Source: Octopus sinensis (lineage: Eukaryota). Taken from it: DNA of 64,000 bases. A model generated the notes under the pieces. The model was not told the DNA's origin. It did no database searches and worked only from the letters and a program-made list of their open reading frames with translations. Location: NCBI RefSeq assembly GCF_006345805.1, contig NC_043012.1, positions 14,074,001 through 14,138,000 on the forward strand, in the 5' to 3' direction. A program made the translations under genes and the position numbers. This document shows, in pieces, positions 12,480 through 25,040 of the stretch. The first letter of the stretch is position 1, and each line of letters opens with the position of its first letter.

Positions 12480-14600
12480 ACAACAGGTTTTAACTTTTCT
12501 TTCTTCTCTTACAGTCATGAGAACAATTGTTTCTTGCCGAGTCGGTGGTAATGAATTCAAATCTGATGACGAGATTTCCGTACAACATCTAGAATTTACA
12601 TAACGACAGATCCTCTTGATGTCTGCTCTTCCCCAAACATTATTGTTCTGTTGTGTCGAGCACATAGTGTTATGTTTTCTGCACCGAGTCTTATGTTAGT
12701 TTATGCTTACTTATTATGAATTGAATTGTACATCCGTCATGTTTTTAGCTTGAAAGAAACAGCTGGATTTTCACTGACAGATTTACCAACGCTACATATA
12801 ACCATTCTTTTCAGTCGCGTAAGCAAGAATTTGTTACTAGCGAAAGACAAATTTCTGCTGTCAAATTGAACTTTATTGAATACCGTTTTGTCACTTTTGA
12901 GATGATGTGTTCTTTTTCTGAAAGAACCAGTATATTAATCCATTGCATTTCGACTGGAGTTCTCTATTTACTTTCCATTACAGACATCTGTCGGTAAAAT
13001 AATGGTGCATCATCTTCACTTAAAGCTTCACAATTGGCAGAACAGTGGAGAAGAGGATTTGTAAAACCATTTTAAGTGATGTCCTCTAAAAACCCAGTCT
13101 TTTAAGATAACAGTATGTTACACGCCATTTCCCGATAGTATTCAGGTCTGTATATTTCTCAGATAAAATTTCAACAAATTTAACCAAGATCTTAGTATGG
13201 AACTATGGCTTCAGTAAATCTCCAAGTAGTATTCTCCAGTATTTCATTGAACTTATCCTTTAAATATTTAAAACCATTTCCTTAAAGATCTATACTTTTC
13301 AATATATTTTCCATGAGGTCAAGTTTAATGTGATGTTGAGGAAAAATATTTTTTCAGGTTATCAACTATTGCCGGAGTTTGTGCCCCAACGACATATTCA
13401 GTTCTCGACAAAAAGCAAACATGCATTATGTAGTGGCTTTCATTCCGTCTGGTACAACAATTACATACACTAGTACCACAAACATGTGCACAGAAATTTG
13501 TAGCTCTTTTGTAACCGCGTACACTTCTTTAGCCCAAATGTAAACAAAAATGATAAAGAGGCAGACACATTTGAAATGTGGTCCATGTATTTGATGGACC
13601 TATCCACTCATAAAACTCAAAAAAGCTGCTTTACGATTTACTGACCTTTATTTTTTTATGATTATTTTTTTTTTTTGGTATCATAGTCTTCTATCATTGC
13701 ATTGACTTCATTCGAAATTCTTGCTTTTTGCCTCCACCAGAAATGATAAATATTGCATATTGCCATGTCAAGAAAAGAAACTGTAGTGTTTAACTGAAAA
13801 GCATTCTGATCTTAAAGCCGGGGACCAATTCTGCCTTCCCTAAATGGCGCCAGAAGTGATTTAACTACTTTTCACTTAGCAGATATGAGAAACAGACTGT
13901 ATTTCGAACACGTGGTTGATTTTCTGTTTTAATATCCTTGGCTGAGTTTGTCATCACTGTTGGTGGGATTTAGCGATAGGTTTATTCTATTCTGGGAAGC
14001 AGTACAGGTTTTAAGGCTGATTTATTTTCTCTTGTAAACCTAATTATGTTTGTCTTGCAAAAACAGAAGTCTTCATACTGGTTTGCGGAAAACAAAATAT
14101 CATGGGGAGAGCGAATGATAGAGCTATTACTTTTGCCGTTCAGTCAAGCTGTTAGAATTGCACATTCGCAGTGTCTAATTCCCATATTTGTCTCCTGTAT
14201 TGCAAGTAAAACTCGTGCTCATATACACGACTCATCCCTGATAATGTTGTTTTATTTTGAAGTTTCATTGATGAATATTATCCACAGATATAGCGTGCGT
14301 TGCCTAGGAATCCACACAAGCAAATCTATTCGAAGTAATTCTAAATTTACACACAAGATCATAGAAAGTAATTAAGATACGTTGCGTGATTTCCTTTTCC
14401 CATGCAACAAACTCACCGCTAGAAACATCATACGTAAATTGCAAAACTACCGAGGTTTCTATCTCTGTCAATTTCCCTTTCCATTGATTAAAACCTCTAC
14501 CAACAAGCTAGGTTCTATCCTCGACAAACAGGTTTTTATCTACACTCATATATCCCGATCTTTCAAAATTTGCAACAATCTACCTTTGTGATCCTGCCAA
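12480..14600 (-). mobile_element. Ancient LINE remnant (APE endonuclease + RT; clade uncertain)
   Basis: Scattered motif echoes in the expected order (IDLL, VPDGM ~GPDG, PEYYREMA ~P.NYRPIA); heavily decayed. Confidence 0.4.
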
Positions 14601-14709
14601 CGTTTAACCTCACCTGCAAAATATCACCTGCAAAACTTCGATGTTGAGGATGACAGTAATTACCAAAAGCTTTCTCTGAAAGTTTTCTCTCTCTCTTGCT
14701 CTCTCTCCC

Positions 14710-14783
<74 letters not shown>

Positions 14784-15483
14784 GGTTTTCATAAAGCCGG
14801 ATTTTTGGAGACCTTCCATCCTATACGCCGCATGGTCCTCCTTCACGAGCAATTTCATGGAACCAATGTTGATACAATCAAATTTTCAGAAGCATTCATA
14901 ATACCTTGCTGGACAGAAAGAGCCCAATTATGGACACTTATGTCAGGAGACAGTTTTGATTATAATATAATCCCACACAAGCAACAACAGACTTTACATT
15001 CTCTTCTTTGTTTTCAAAGCATAACCCAGAGACATCAAACTGCCTAGGCATCTCAATAATAGGATTAATTTGACATTTTATAAATAATTATTTTGCATTA
15101 CATTACCTGACATAAGTTCCACCACGCTGTTCATAAATCCATTATTCCATCTGCCAATTACATTTACCATATGATATTTAAACAATGAGTGCCAAAGTAA
15201 ATTTACAGCAAACATTATTGGCCGACAGTTGAGTCCTCGAAACAGTACTTTTATAAATGACTAGAATTTGCATGATTCCCCGATAGATATTAAAGCAACA
15301 TGATTCAATTATGATACTGTTTACCTGTATGTGTCTGAATGTAAGTGTCTGTGGATGTGTGTACATATAACTGTATAGAAATCCCCCCACTTGTACCCTT
15401 ATCTCTATATCTCTCTCTTCCACATACACACGTTCATCTATAAATACTTACACATATATACATATGTATACATTTATATGTAT

Positions 15484-15516
<33 letters not shown>

Positions 15517-16377
15517 GCTTTATTCTTATTTTTATAAGAATGCCATATTAGTATGGCGATAACTATTATATATATACATCTATGTATATCTATATCTATC
15601 TATATATATATATAGTATAGATGATGCGTATATAAAATTCTGCATAGGTTTAAATACAATAATATTCGATAAAGAACGGTGCTTTCAATTCTATTCTATA
15701 CGTTGCTGCAAGGTATGTTATCTACGATAATCTGATATTTATTTTATCATTGTAGCGTAAACAAAACAAATTTCATTATTATTATTATTTGAAAATAACA
15801 AAGTTTTACTTTCCGCCAAAAAATACAACCCGAATCTGAAAATAGGGGTTTCATTCTCATCTCCATATATCATATGTTCATGTTGTGGCTGTGTATGTGT
15901 GCGTGCGTGTGTGTGTGTGGTGTGTGTGTGTGTGTGTATGCACGTGTAGGCGTGTATGTATGTGTGTGCGCGCGTAACACTGTCTAATTGGTTCCTGCCT
16001 ACACTTTCAGTTACTAATATGCTTACATTTATGTGGGTGTTTGTATATATATATATAATCGATATAACACTCCGAACAACATCTGTAATTAAGTATATAT
16101 ATATATACATACATACATATATACATACATACATATATATATAATTAATCAATATAGGGTGGCAAAAAAAAAATTTTGTAGAATTCTTTTGCCACCAGCG
16201 GCCTAGTGGGAAAAAATTAAATAGTCATAGACCATTTTTAAGTTCAACATCACAATCAAGGAACGGCCATAATAGGCCATTCACCCACTAGAAATAACAG
16301 CCAAAAGCTTCAACCGCAAAATAACATCAATTCCGTAAACCAGGAGAAAATTAAAAAAACATTTATCCTGATTGTGA

Positions 16378-16417
<40 letters not shown>

Positions 16418-18061
16418 TATCAAAATATGTTATATGTTCAGAGCATTTTCTTTCTCTGTCGCTTTCAGTTCAAATACCATTGGAATTCATCATCTGTTGA
16501 AGTAGGATTTTATTTCCCTTTCATTCGAATTTAGTTTATCTGCAGCTTTCTATTGACAGCGAGCTAACAACTGTTTTGTAAACGAACAAATTTAATCAGC
16601 TAGAATTTTAATATACTACTCGCTTACAAATATATTTACATAGCAAATCTAATTTTTATTCCTGTTTGAAATATTATGTATATTGATCGAATAGAAGCAC
16701 GTTCTTTATTACTTTTTTTTCAAACATTATTGTGTTTGTATGCGCGTGTGTGTGTCTGCGAGCGCGTGCGTGCTCGTGCGCGTGTGTGAATCCCTATCTA
16801 ACTGACTGCTACCTACAGTCAGTTTATATTCGCGTACATACGAACGTCTAGGATACATGTCTGTGTTTGTTATTTTGAACATGGTCTTATTAAGAAAACC
16901 TGTGACTCTTATGGACACTATTCTTTCTATGAGGACATTGATTTTGTCATTCTTTAACCCTCGACAGACGTCGATTTAAAAGGAAAGGCATTGTTATAAT
17001 AATATGTATCTTTTGTTCCAAGTCACATAACCCCAAAATTTCTTTTCCTACGACCGTATTCCAAAGAACCATAATACTTTGTGGTACCTTGCACATTTGT
17101 GGCCACATACAGGTTGGCCACAAATTATCCTTACAATTTAAGTAATTCAGAAAAAATGAATTAAAAATAAAAATAACCCAGCAGAGGTTATTAGAAAATA
17201 GACTCAAATAAATTTATATTACAAATATCAAAAGACTTCCACGCGGGCTCCAATGGTTCTAAGCTAATCATCTAGGTGATCTCAACTTTTGTAGACAAGA
17301 GTTAAGTTGTAAAGCTAATTTTTGAACAACCTGGATGATATATCCTCCATATTTCCATATTTTCCTGTGTACACATCAACTTATTTCGTCTACGTTGTTT
17401 AATAACACCTACCGCACACAGGAAGTTTATATAATGACTGCGATCGATTCCTTTATCCAATTCAAGTACAAAATTTCTTTGCTCTAAATATATACGTTAT
17501 TGTGCTTACTGAAATGCAGTATGCACAATATTGTATATTATGTGAATTACTGTGCAGTAATACTGTGTGAGTGGAATATGGATTTTTTTTTCACTTAAGA
17601 TCTGAACAATTCATTCGTTCTGCTCCTAACTACCATAATGTATTTTAACCACAAGAAAAAAAATTAATGTTCTCCGCTGGCACTAAACTTATTGCTTATC
17701 GTTATTAATGTTTGGTGTTGTGCATAGTATCGTTGTATAACTTTATAACTTTATGAAATTCTTATTGTTCTAGACCAGTTTTCATTCAACAACAACTAAG
17801 TTTCTCTTTTCCATAAAACAGCAGACATTTGTATGAGAGTTTGTTCTGGCAGAGGAAGAAAACGGTTGAAATGTGAGAGCAACTGTTGTATTACACATAA
17901 CATTGTTCGTGTGCATCAGATTACAGTCTTTGAGATGATATTTAAGCTATTATTGTTTCTGATATTTCTTGTATATCCTTGCTTTTATTTTTTCTATTTT
18001 GAGTGGGATGATCAGTGCCCTTAGACTGGTCGTGTATAGCGGTTTTTGTTGTTTGTTCCTT

Positions 18062-18352
18062 CTCGAGCCATGTCTGGCTCATAAGGGCCGCTTTCCCGTT
18101 TCCTTGGTGTATAGGTTCCCCACCTGGACGGGAGGCCGGTCCATCGTATGTGAGCTGCAAGATGCAGGAGGAAAGAGTGATAGAAAGTTGTGGCGAAAGA
18201 GTCAGCAGAAGTTCTGCCATTCCCTTCTGCCGGAGTCGCGTGGAGCTTAGGTGTTTCGCTCATAAACACACACATCGTTCGGTCTGAAATTCGAACCCGC
18301 GGTCCCTCGACCGCGAGTCCGCTGCTCTAACCACTAGGCCATGTGCCTCCAC
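18062..18352 (-). mobile_element. SINE family A-related, tail type 2
   Basis: Head gtggaggcacatggcctagtggttagagcagcggactcgcgg; body shared with 19605-19904; tail with cctggacggga.gcc.gtccatcg (+ strand reading). Confidence 0.85.
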
Positions 18353-19604
18353 GTGTACTGGGGTTCTGTGTGTTATAGATACGTTTGGGTGTTTGAGAGT
18401 GGTTTTACACGCAAGTTGAACACACTTTTGAGGCCAGAAGCTGCTGTAGCTGCGAATGCTGTCACTTTTATAGCCAGTCTTTATTTATTTTCTATTTTGA
18501 TTTAGCTTTCTATGTAGTCAGTGGATTTCTTCTGTTTTGTGTTTAGTTTCAAATAATGTGTTGGGCAAACAACGGAAAAGACAAGTGTATGATGTTTTGT
18601 TTGTATACTAGTAATTTTGTTTTACTGAAGAACTGAACAATTCATCCATTCTGCTTCTAACTGCCATAAATTATTTTAACCACAGGCGAGAAAATATGTT
18701 TTCTGAATTAAATCAGAATACAAAATTTATTTGTGTTGACAAAAATGTTGTGCACTCTTTCGTTACCTTTCTATGCCAGTGCTCAATTTTACTCCTAACT
18801 TTTAAATAATATTCAGTGACGTTGAGTTTGATGATCGGAGTTAATATTTCAAGTTCTTTATAAAGAAGTGAGATAATGAGTTTAGTAGATTTTAAACTAA
18901 TCACAATTCCAGAGTTTGATGTAGCACTGGAGGCTGTGACTGTGATATGAACTACAAATGAAGCTGCATTTACGCATCAGGTGCCTTTCCAAGTTGCATT
19001 GTGAAGAAAAACCCGATACCTGCGATACACCATTTAGAATATTGCACGTTTTTATTACTGCCCTATACATAAGCTTAGTAACTTGAAAGGTTATTATCTT
19101 GATAAATGTTTGTGTTTTCGCTGAAGAAACTGCTGAGTATTTACGTTTAAGTGTTTCTCATGAGTGCGAAGAAGAGCATTGTTATTTTTGAAGGTAGAAT
19201 GATAGGTGCAAGAACCTTTTGCTATAGAAGTTATTAATCATTTTCAAGCGTAGAGATGCGGCTGAACTATGTTGATAGGACGTATGGCTTGAGTTTAAAG
19301 AAGATTGCCTGGAATGACGTTGCACAGAATAAGCCGATTTTTATAATTGATGGAATAATCAATAGTTGTTACTCATACTGTTTTCGTTCTTTCATTGTTC
19401 TTTCAATATTTTTAGAATTCTCTTCAGTCTCAAGACCATTAATGTTTGTCACTGCTCGTATGAGTAGTTAAAGCGGCTGACGTATGCAAAATTACGTGAG
19501 CATGTATATGTTTTTCATAGTTATCTATCGGTAGGTCTGTTCATAAGGCCTTTTCATTGCCTGATGTTTTCCTAGTACATTTCTAGTGTCTCAAGGAAGA
19601 AAGG

Positions 19605-19904
19605 TTTTTTTTCGCCCATTTCAAGCCTAGCCAGGCTCATGGGCCCGGTTTCCCGGTTTCTGTGGCGTATGTGCCCCCCCCCAGCTGGACGGGACGCCAG
19701 TCCATCGCAGCGTTACTCAAGAAACAGGGAGAAAGAGAGTGAGAGAATGTTGTGGCGAAAGAATACAACAGGGGTCGCCACCACCCCCTGCCGGAGTGTC
19801 GTGAAGCTTTTAGGTGTTTTCGCTCAATAAACATACACAACGCCCGGTCTGGGAATCGAAACCGCGAGTCCGCTGCCCTAACCCCTGGGCCATTGCGCCT
19901 CCAC
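19605..19904 (-). mobile_element. SINE family A, tail type 2
   Basis: Head and body match 51100-51279, but the 3' part differs; ends in an A-rich tail. Confidence 0.9.
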
Positions 19905-21540
19905 GGAAGAAAGGTAGATCGATAGAAATTAAAGAAGAAAGGAAGGCAACTGGTAAGTTGCTATCTTTTGAGCAGTGCTTCATAACTGGTTTTTAGAAAA
20001 GTGTTTGATAAAGATATTTATTTTGGATTATTGGTATTGCTACTTCACGTTGTTGTTCATTGACGTCAATGGAATTGGTTGACTTTCAAGCGAGATTCAT
20101 GTTATTTATTTGTATAGTGTTTTAACGTCTGATTTCATAATTCATGTTAAACACAGTCGTACACACGTTTCCTGCTGTTTCGTTGTCTTTGTCTTTGATA
20201 TTTCCTTGTTATTTGTCTGATGAGGAACTTTTGTTCTTTCATGTGTATGGTTTTTTTTCCATCTAGTTAGCAGTCCATTTATATAAAGTGTGTTGCATTT
20301 GGCGGTTGTCTTCGGATGCTATCATATTTGTTTAGTTTGGTGTATATATTTTCTTGCTGTGTTTTTTTAGATCTGAGTAAACTGTGAATGAACAGATATT
20401 TGATCAAAGAGATTCCATGCTGTTCTACCATTTTTCACCCATGGTATATTTTAGGATAATAATATTCAGTTGTCCCAAGGCAATGGGGCGCGATTTGATA
20501 ATATTCAGTATTTCTAACAGAATAAGCTGTCCTGACCTGCATCATCTTACATGCTCCACTAAAAAATGGTAAAGCTGAGGGTGATTTGGGTGATCTTTCT
20601 ATCATATCGATCGACTATGTACACGCTCCTGAGCTTGCTTGTATCTTAGCTGGGGAAAGTATAGTTGTTAAATTCTATAAATTTGTATTTCTTGTTTCTT
20701 CGTGAAAGACACTTAATAGAATTCTTTATATAGAAATCAAGTTTGTTTGATAATATGTGAATATGTTGAGATAACTATGGTGCTAAAGTCAGAAAAAATA
20801 GGACAGTTTTCTTAATTTATTTTGTGTTGGTTTTGAAACGGAAGGGTGCGATATGAGAGAAATTTGATTGTTATCTCTAGCAAGTTCAGCTACCACTTAC
20901 AAGCGACAACAAGTGTTATATTTTTCTTAATTTGTATAAAATAATATTTATTTGTTGTTGTATCGTTTCTGTTTCGGAATGTCGTTAATTGCATTTATAT
21001 ACGTGACACACGCTTTTGTTACGCTGTAGTCGTAGTATATGAAATCCTGCCATTTCTATGTTTTATTGAGTTTTATTGAGTTTGTAATGTTTGTCCTTAG
21101 CATTTCTGTCGTTCGCATTGTTTGTTATGTACAACGATTTTGCCTTCGAATTTATTTTTCTACTTGAGTTTTTGTTTATGGTTAGTTCCAATTTAACCGT
21201 TATTAAACAAATCTCTGGTTAAAGGCACTCCTGCATTGACCATCAGGATTTTCTAAAACATAAAACAAGAAAAAGAACATTATTGAACATGTCAATGTTG
21301 AAGGCGTTAGAGAGTCCGATCGGATAGAGATTTGACAGCTGTCTTTAGAGTGTTGAGCAACTGTAATATGACTTATCGTTCGTGCGAATTATCGCGAAGA
21401 AAGGCCTTATTGCGTACCAGGTTTCTACGATGATAAAGTGTCTTGAGATCATATTGTCAATGTTTTGATTTGTAATCTTACAAATGTTCCCTTTTACAAT
21501 TATGTTTTAGTCAGTCTTTTATAAGTAGTAACTAAAGTGC

Positions 21541-21963
21541 GTCCCCAAAATCCATCCCCTCTTCACCGTGGTGGGGACGCTGGCAACGGGTTGTGTCAGA
21601 GCTATGCCATCGGGGACTTCGGTTCCTGGTAGGGCCACCCAAGGCAGATTGGTCTGACACTGAGTGGTATTAGGGCCACAACCCGGCAGACGGGTCTCTG
21701 GTGAAAATCCTCGGAGTGTCTGTTTCGGCAACCGGCGGCTCCTCGGTCGTTCTGTCCCTGCGTTTGCGGACAATCTGCGGCAAATAGGATTTCTCCACAT
21801 GCGGGATTGTTGGGGACCGCTTCAGAAATCCACATATTCCCACGAAACTTCTTCCATGAATTCTCAATGGCGAACCTGCCATGGTTCGAGATGCCTCGAG
21901 GGTGGTAGAAGAAACCGACTCAACCCGCCCAGAGTGAATGTCGCCACAAGTCCAAGTAAGTAG
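21541..21963 (+). mobile_element. Short non-autonomous RTE derivative (5'UTR-like part + short tail)
   Basis: agagctatgcc...tagggccacccaag resembles BovB/RTE 5'UTRs (from recall); ends caagtccaagtaagtagt; flanked by the direct repeat taaagtgc (21533-21540 and 21964-21971). Confidence 0.6.
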
Positions 21964-22024
21964 TAAAGTGCAGTTAAACTTGAATCAGTGGTCTATTTGT
22001 TATTGATTAATGTTAGACTTTTAT

Positions 22025-22205
22025 ATGTTGATTTCAAATTTTGGCACAAGGCCAGCAATTTGGGGGAAAGGTAAGTCGATTAAATTGACCCCAGTTCTTA
22101 TTTTATCGTCCTCGAAAGGATGAAAAGCAAAGTCGACACGGGTGGAATTTGAAATCACGGTGTAAAGTGTATTTTGCTCGACGTGGATTCTGCAAGCTCG
22201 CCTCG
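22025..22205 (-). mobile_element. SINE family C
   Basis: Reverse complement carries gtcgactttgcttttcatcctttcg...ctggggtc, also seen at 31495, 31851 and 62936. Confidence 0.8.
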
Positions 22206-22599
22206 TTTTGATCTTTATATATTGAATAGGCTTTGAAAGTGCTTTGTATTTTGTTGAAAATTAATTTTGTGCTTATTTTTGTTTTCATCAAATATATCCT
22301 TAATCTTATGTTAACAGACTAAGCTTTCCATTTTTATTTTCTTGCTTCGATTACTCTAACTTCTTTGCGTGAAGTTCGTAGACGACGTTGAACACCTTCA
22401 TATTTTTCATTTTGTCAGTGCAATGAAGAGCTGATCAAGAAATACAGAGATAAGGTGAAGAAGGAGGGGTCAAATATAAAACTGACCCCACCAGAGGAGG
22501 AAAAAGTGAAAATGAAAAAAAAGGCGGTAGTATTCAGAACATTTTGAAACAAAACAGAATTGAAAACGCGCCACAGAAAGAAATAGAAGAAATTTTGGA

Positions 22600-23410
22600 A
22601 AGACATATAGGAGACAGCATAGCGTTCCTTGCGAGAGTAAAGAAATATGTGTCTGTAGTGGTAACCTTTGTATCAGAGGAGCAGGCGGGAAAATTCTCCG
22701 ATAGGTTGGTATAAAGAGAAGTACAAAAAAGAAGTACAAGGATAAAAAGATCGATGTTGCATCAAGAGAACAGACTGAAAGATGCTTGGGGCCCATCAGG
22801 CCGGAGGTTAAATACCAAGGGCAACAAGTTTGCGTTGGCCCAGGTGAGATTTCATTCAAAGGGAAAATCTAAGCAGCACTCGGTGACAGCCCTGAGATCA
22901 CAGGAAGTGCTGCTTTTGCTGACTTACCTTGGAAGGCGTGTAGCCAAGGTGTGAGTGGAGGAGGTCCTGCCGGAGGTAAATGTGGTCTGGCTGGTAGCTA
23001 CAATGACTCTTGGCGTGGAGGAGAGAATTTCAATCCTTCAAACAACTAGCCTACATACGCAGAACTGGCTGGGGCAGGGGCTCGATGTGATAGTTCAGGC
23101 TGCCCCAAAAGATTTAGAGATTATGGCTGACACCATTCTGGTAAGGGGAAAAAGACTGAGGATCGTGGTGAAGGGCAGGAGGCCTCGTTGTTTTAAGCGC
23201 AGCCAAAAGGTCTACACAAGGGCTAAGTGCACTCCACCCACTGAGAAAGTTAAGGAGACCATAACGAAGGAGAGCGCGCCGTCACCCGCAAAGCGAATAA
23301 CAAAATGCTATGAAGAGCCGTGTAGGCAGGTTGAAAATGACAAGGAATGGACAGTGGTAGCAAGGAAGAGTAGGAACAAAAGAAGAAAGATCAATTATAG
23401 CGATGAATAA
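22600..23410 (+). mobile_element. ORF1 (gag-like) remnant of a Tx1/L1-like retrotransposon
   Basis: Two in-frame ORFs (22754-22954 and 22955-23410) split by one TGA; GRRPRCFKRSQKVYTRAKC is a degenerate CCHC knuckle; WTVVARKSRNKRRK motif. Confidence 0.6.
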
Positions 23411-23611
23411 CCCCATCCCACCCCACCTACTACCTCCTTTCCCCTCTCTATTCCCGCAAACACTTCCCACCCTACCCCTCCAAACATCGACCCCAATGCT
23501 AACCCTACAGTAACACAAACCACAAACATGCATCCATGCATCCCGGAGCCAAATTCTCCCCAGTCCCCTCTCTCGTCGTCGTAACGACTGCGTGCTCCTA
23601 TACATATATAT

Positions 23612-24975
23612 ATCATCATCATCATTGTTCGACCGTGGTCGAGACAATGGAATTTACCATGCTACGCCAGACTTCACGGTCCATCATGGCATTACGGAGG
23701 TCCTGTTGCTGGATGCCTGTATCCCTGGAGATTACATCAGGGTAGGAGAGTGTGCGCCCTCTGGTATTGCGAGTAGATGGCTTCCAGAGGAGAAGAGTAG
23801 AAATTACTTCTTTTTCAGCGCTACAACAATGTCCAGCAAACTGGACTCTCCTACCTTTCACAAGAGATGACACAGGTGGTAGTTTCCCATATATTTGCAT
23901 TTTGGTTGGATGGCGCTTCCACGAGATATTTTGAGCTCTCATAAGGAGGCGAGTGTAGGTTCCATCCAACCGCCTCTCAAGCTTCTTTGATAACGTCCAG
24001 GTTTCTGAGCCATATAGTAGGATTGGTTCGACTGTGGCTTTGAATATTTCAAGTTTGAAGTCTCTACTTAGATTTGATGACCAGATCTTATGCATGTCAT
24101 TACAGGCTGACCAGGCCATACCCTTTCTAGTTAGAAAGTCTTTTCCAGATGATGATATGTATGACCCAAGATATTTATAATCAGAAACCATATTTAAGGG
24201 CGCGTTGTTGAGAGTATGGATGATGCAATCACTGTTGGACAGGCACTTGTTTATGTATTCAGTTTTGGCCTCATTGAGGTAAAAACCTACACAATTTGAG
24301 GCTTGTTCAAGAGATTGTAAAAGAGACTGGGCATTGGAGAGAGAATCACTGATAAGAGCGATGTCGTCAGCAAAGTCAGTGTCTGTCAAGTACTCAGCTG
24401 GGTGTCTGGAACTTCTTCTTGGTTTTATTTCAAAGCCCTTGCCAGAGATGGTATCAACTGACATACGTAGCACATAATCAACAACAATGATGAAAATAAA
24501 TGGGGCGAGTGTGTCTCCCTGCAGTATTCCGGCTTTGATTGAGAAAGATGATGTTTCTCCGTCAGGGGTTAAGATGGTTGAAGACGTATCTGTGTATAGG
24601 ACCTTGATGGCAGAAATGATTTTGTCTGGTATCCCATAGAGCTTAAGGATTTCAAACATCTTGTACCTATCTACAGAATCGAACGCTTTAGAAAAGTCTA
24701 CAAATACCATTGCAAGATCGCGATTAAATGCTTTTGATTCTTCAATAAGTCTGCGTAAGCATAGTATCTAGCTCAGCGTTGAGCGCCCATGTCTGAATCC
24801 ATTTTGGTTCTTTCGGAGCAAAGGTTCAACAAAAAGGACAAGACGATTTAGGATCAGTTTGTTGTACAGTTTTGCAGCAATTGACATTAGAGATATACCC
24901 CTGTAGTTGGTGACGAGGGATAAATCGCCTTTTTTGGGTATTGAAATGATTTGAGATTGGTGCCAAATCTTTTGC
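23612..24975 (-). mobile_element. RTE-clade LINE, 5'-truncated, near-intact RT and complete 3' end
   Basis: IPKKGDLS..NYRGISL, QNGFR, FVDFSKAFDSV, GILQGDTLAP, FADD, YKYLGS, LLYGSETWTL; one in-frame TAG at 24770-24768; (TGA)n tail; lies within (TA)n. Confidence 0.95.
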
Positions 24976-25000
24976 TCGCACTTTCCACCTTTGTCACTTT

Positions 25001-25040
<40 letters not shown>

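Larger units (their letters stand above)
6840..15260 (-). pseudogene. Decayed multi-exon gene, tentatively nrf-6/OACYL-like membrane O-acyltransferase (Acyl_transf_3)
   Basis: Canonical AG/GT-bounded, phase-compatible exons at 15260-15107, 11812-11660, 9319-9235, 9119-~8900 and 7019-~6840. Hydrophobic translations carry motif echoes in the expected order (PIMFAV..LFKY/WWNL; ND.HMLF..FP; YIK; LSIA*ILI; WIP.LAR..LLYP). In-frame stops and frameshifts are present. The family call is by eye. Confidence 0.45.

Noticed and set aside
17602-18703. ~70-bp diverged direct repeat about 1 kb apart
   Set aside because: Ordinary old local duplication; no LTR hallmarks or internal coding sequence
20217-20245. 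CTGATGA followed by a hairpin
   Set aside because: Lacks GAAA and stems I and III
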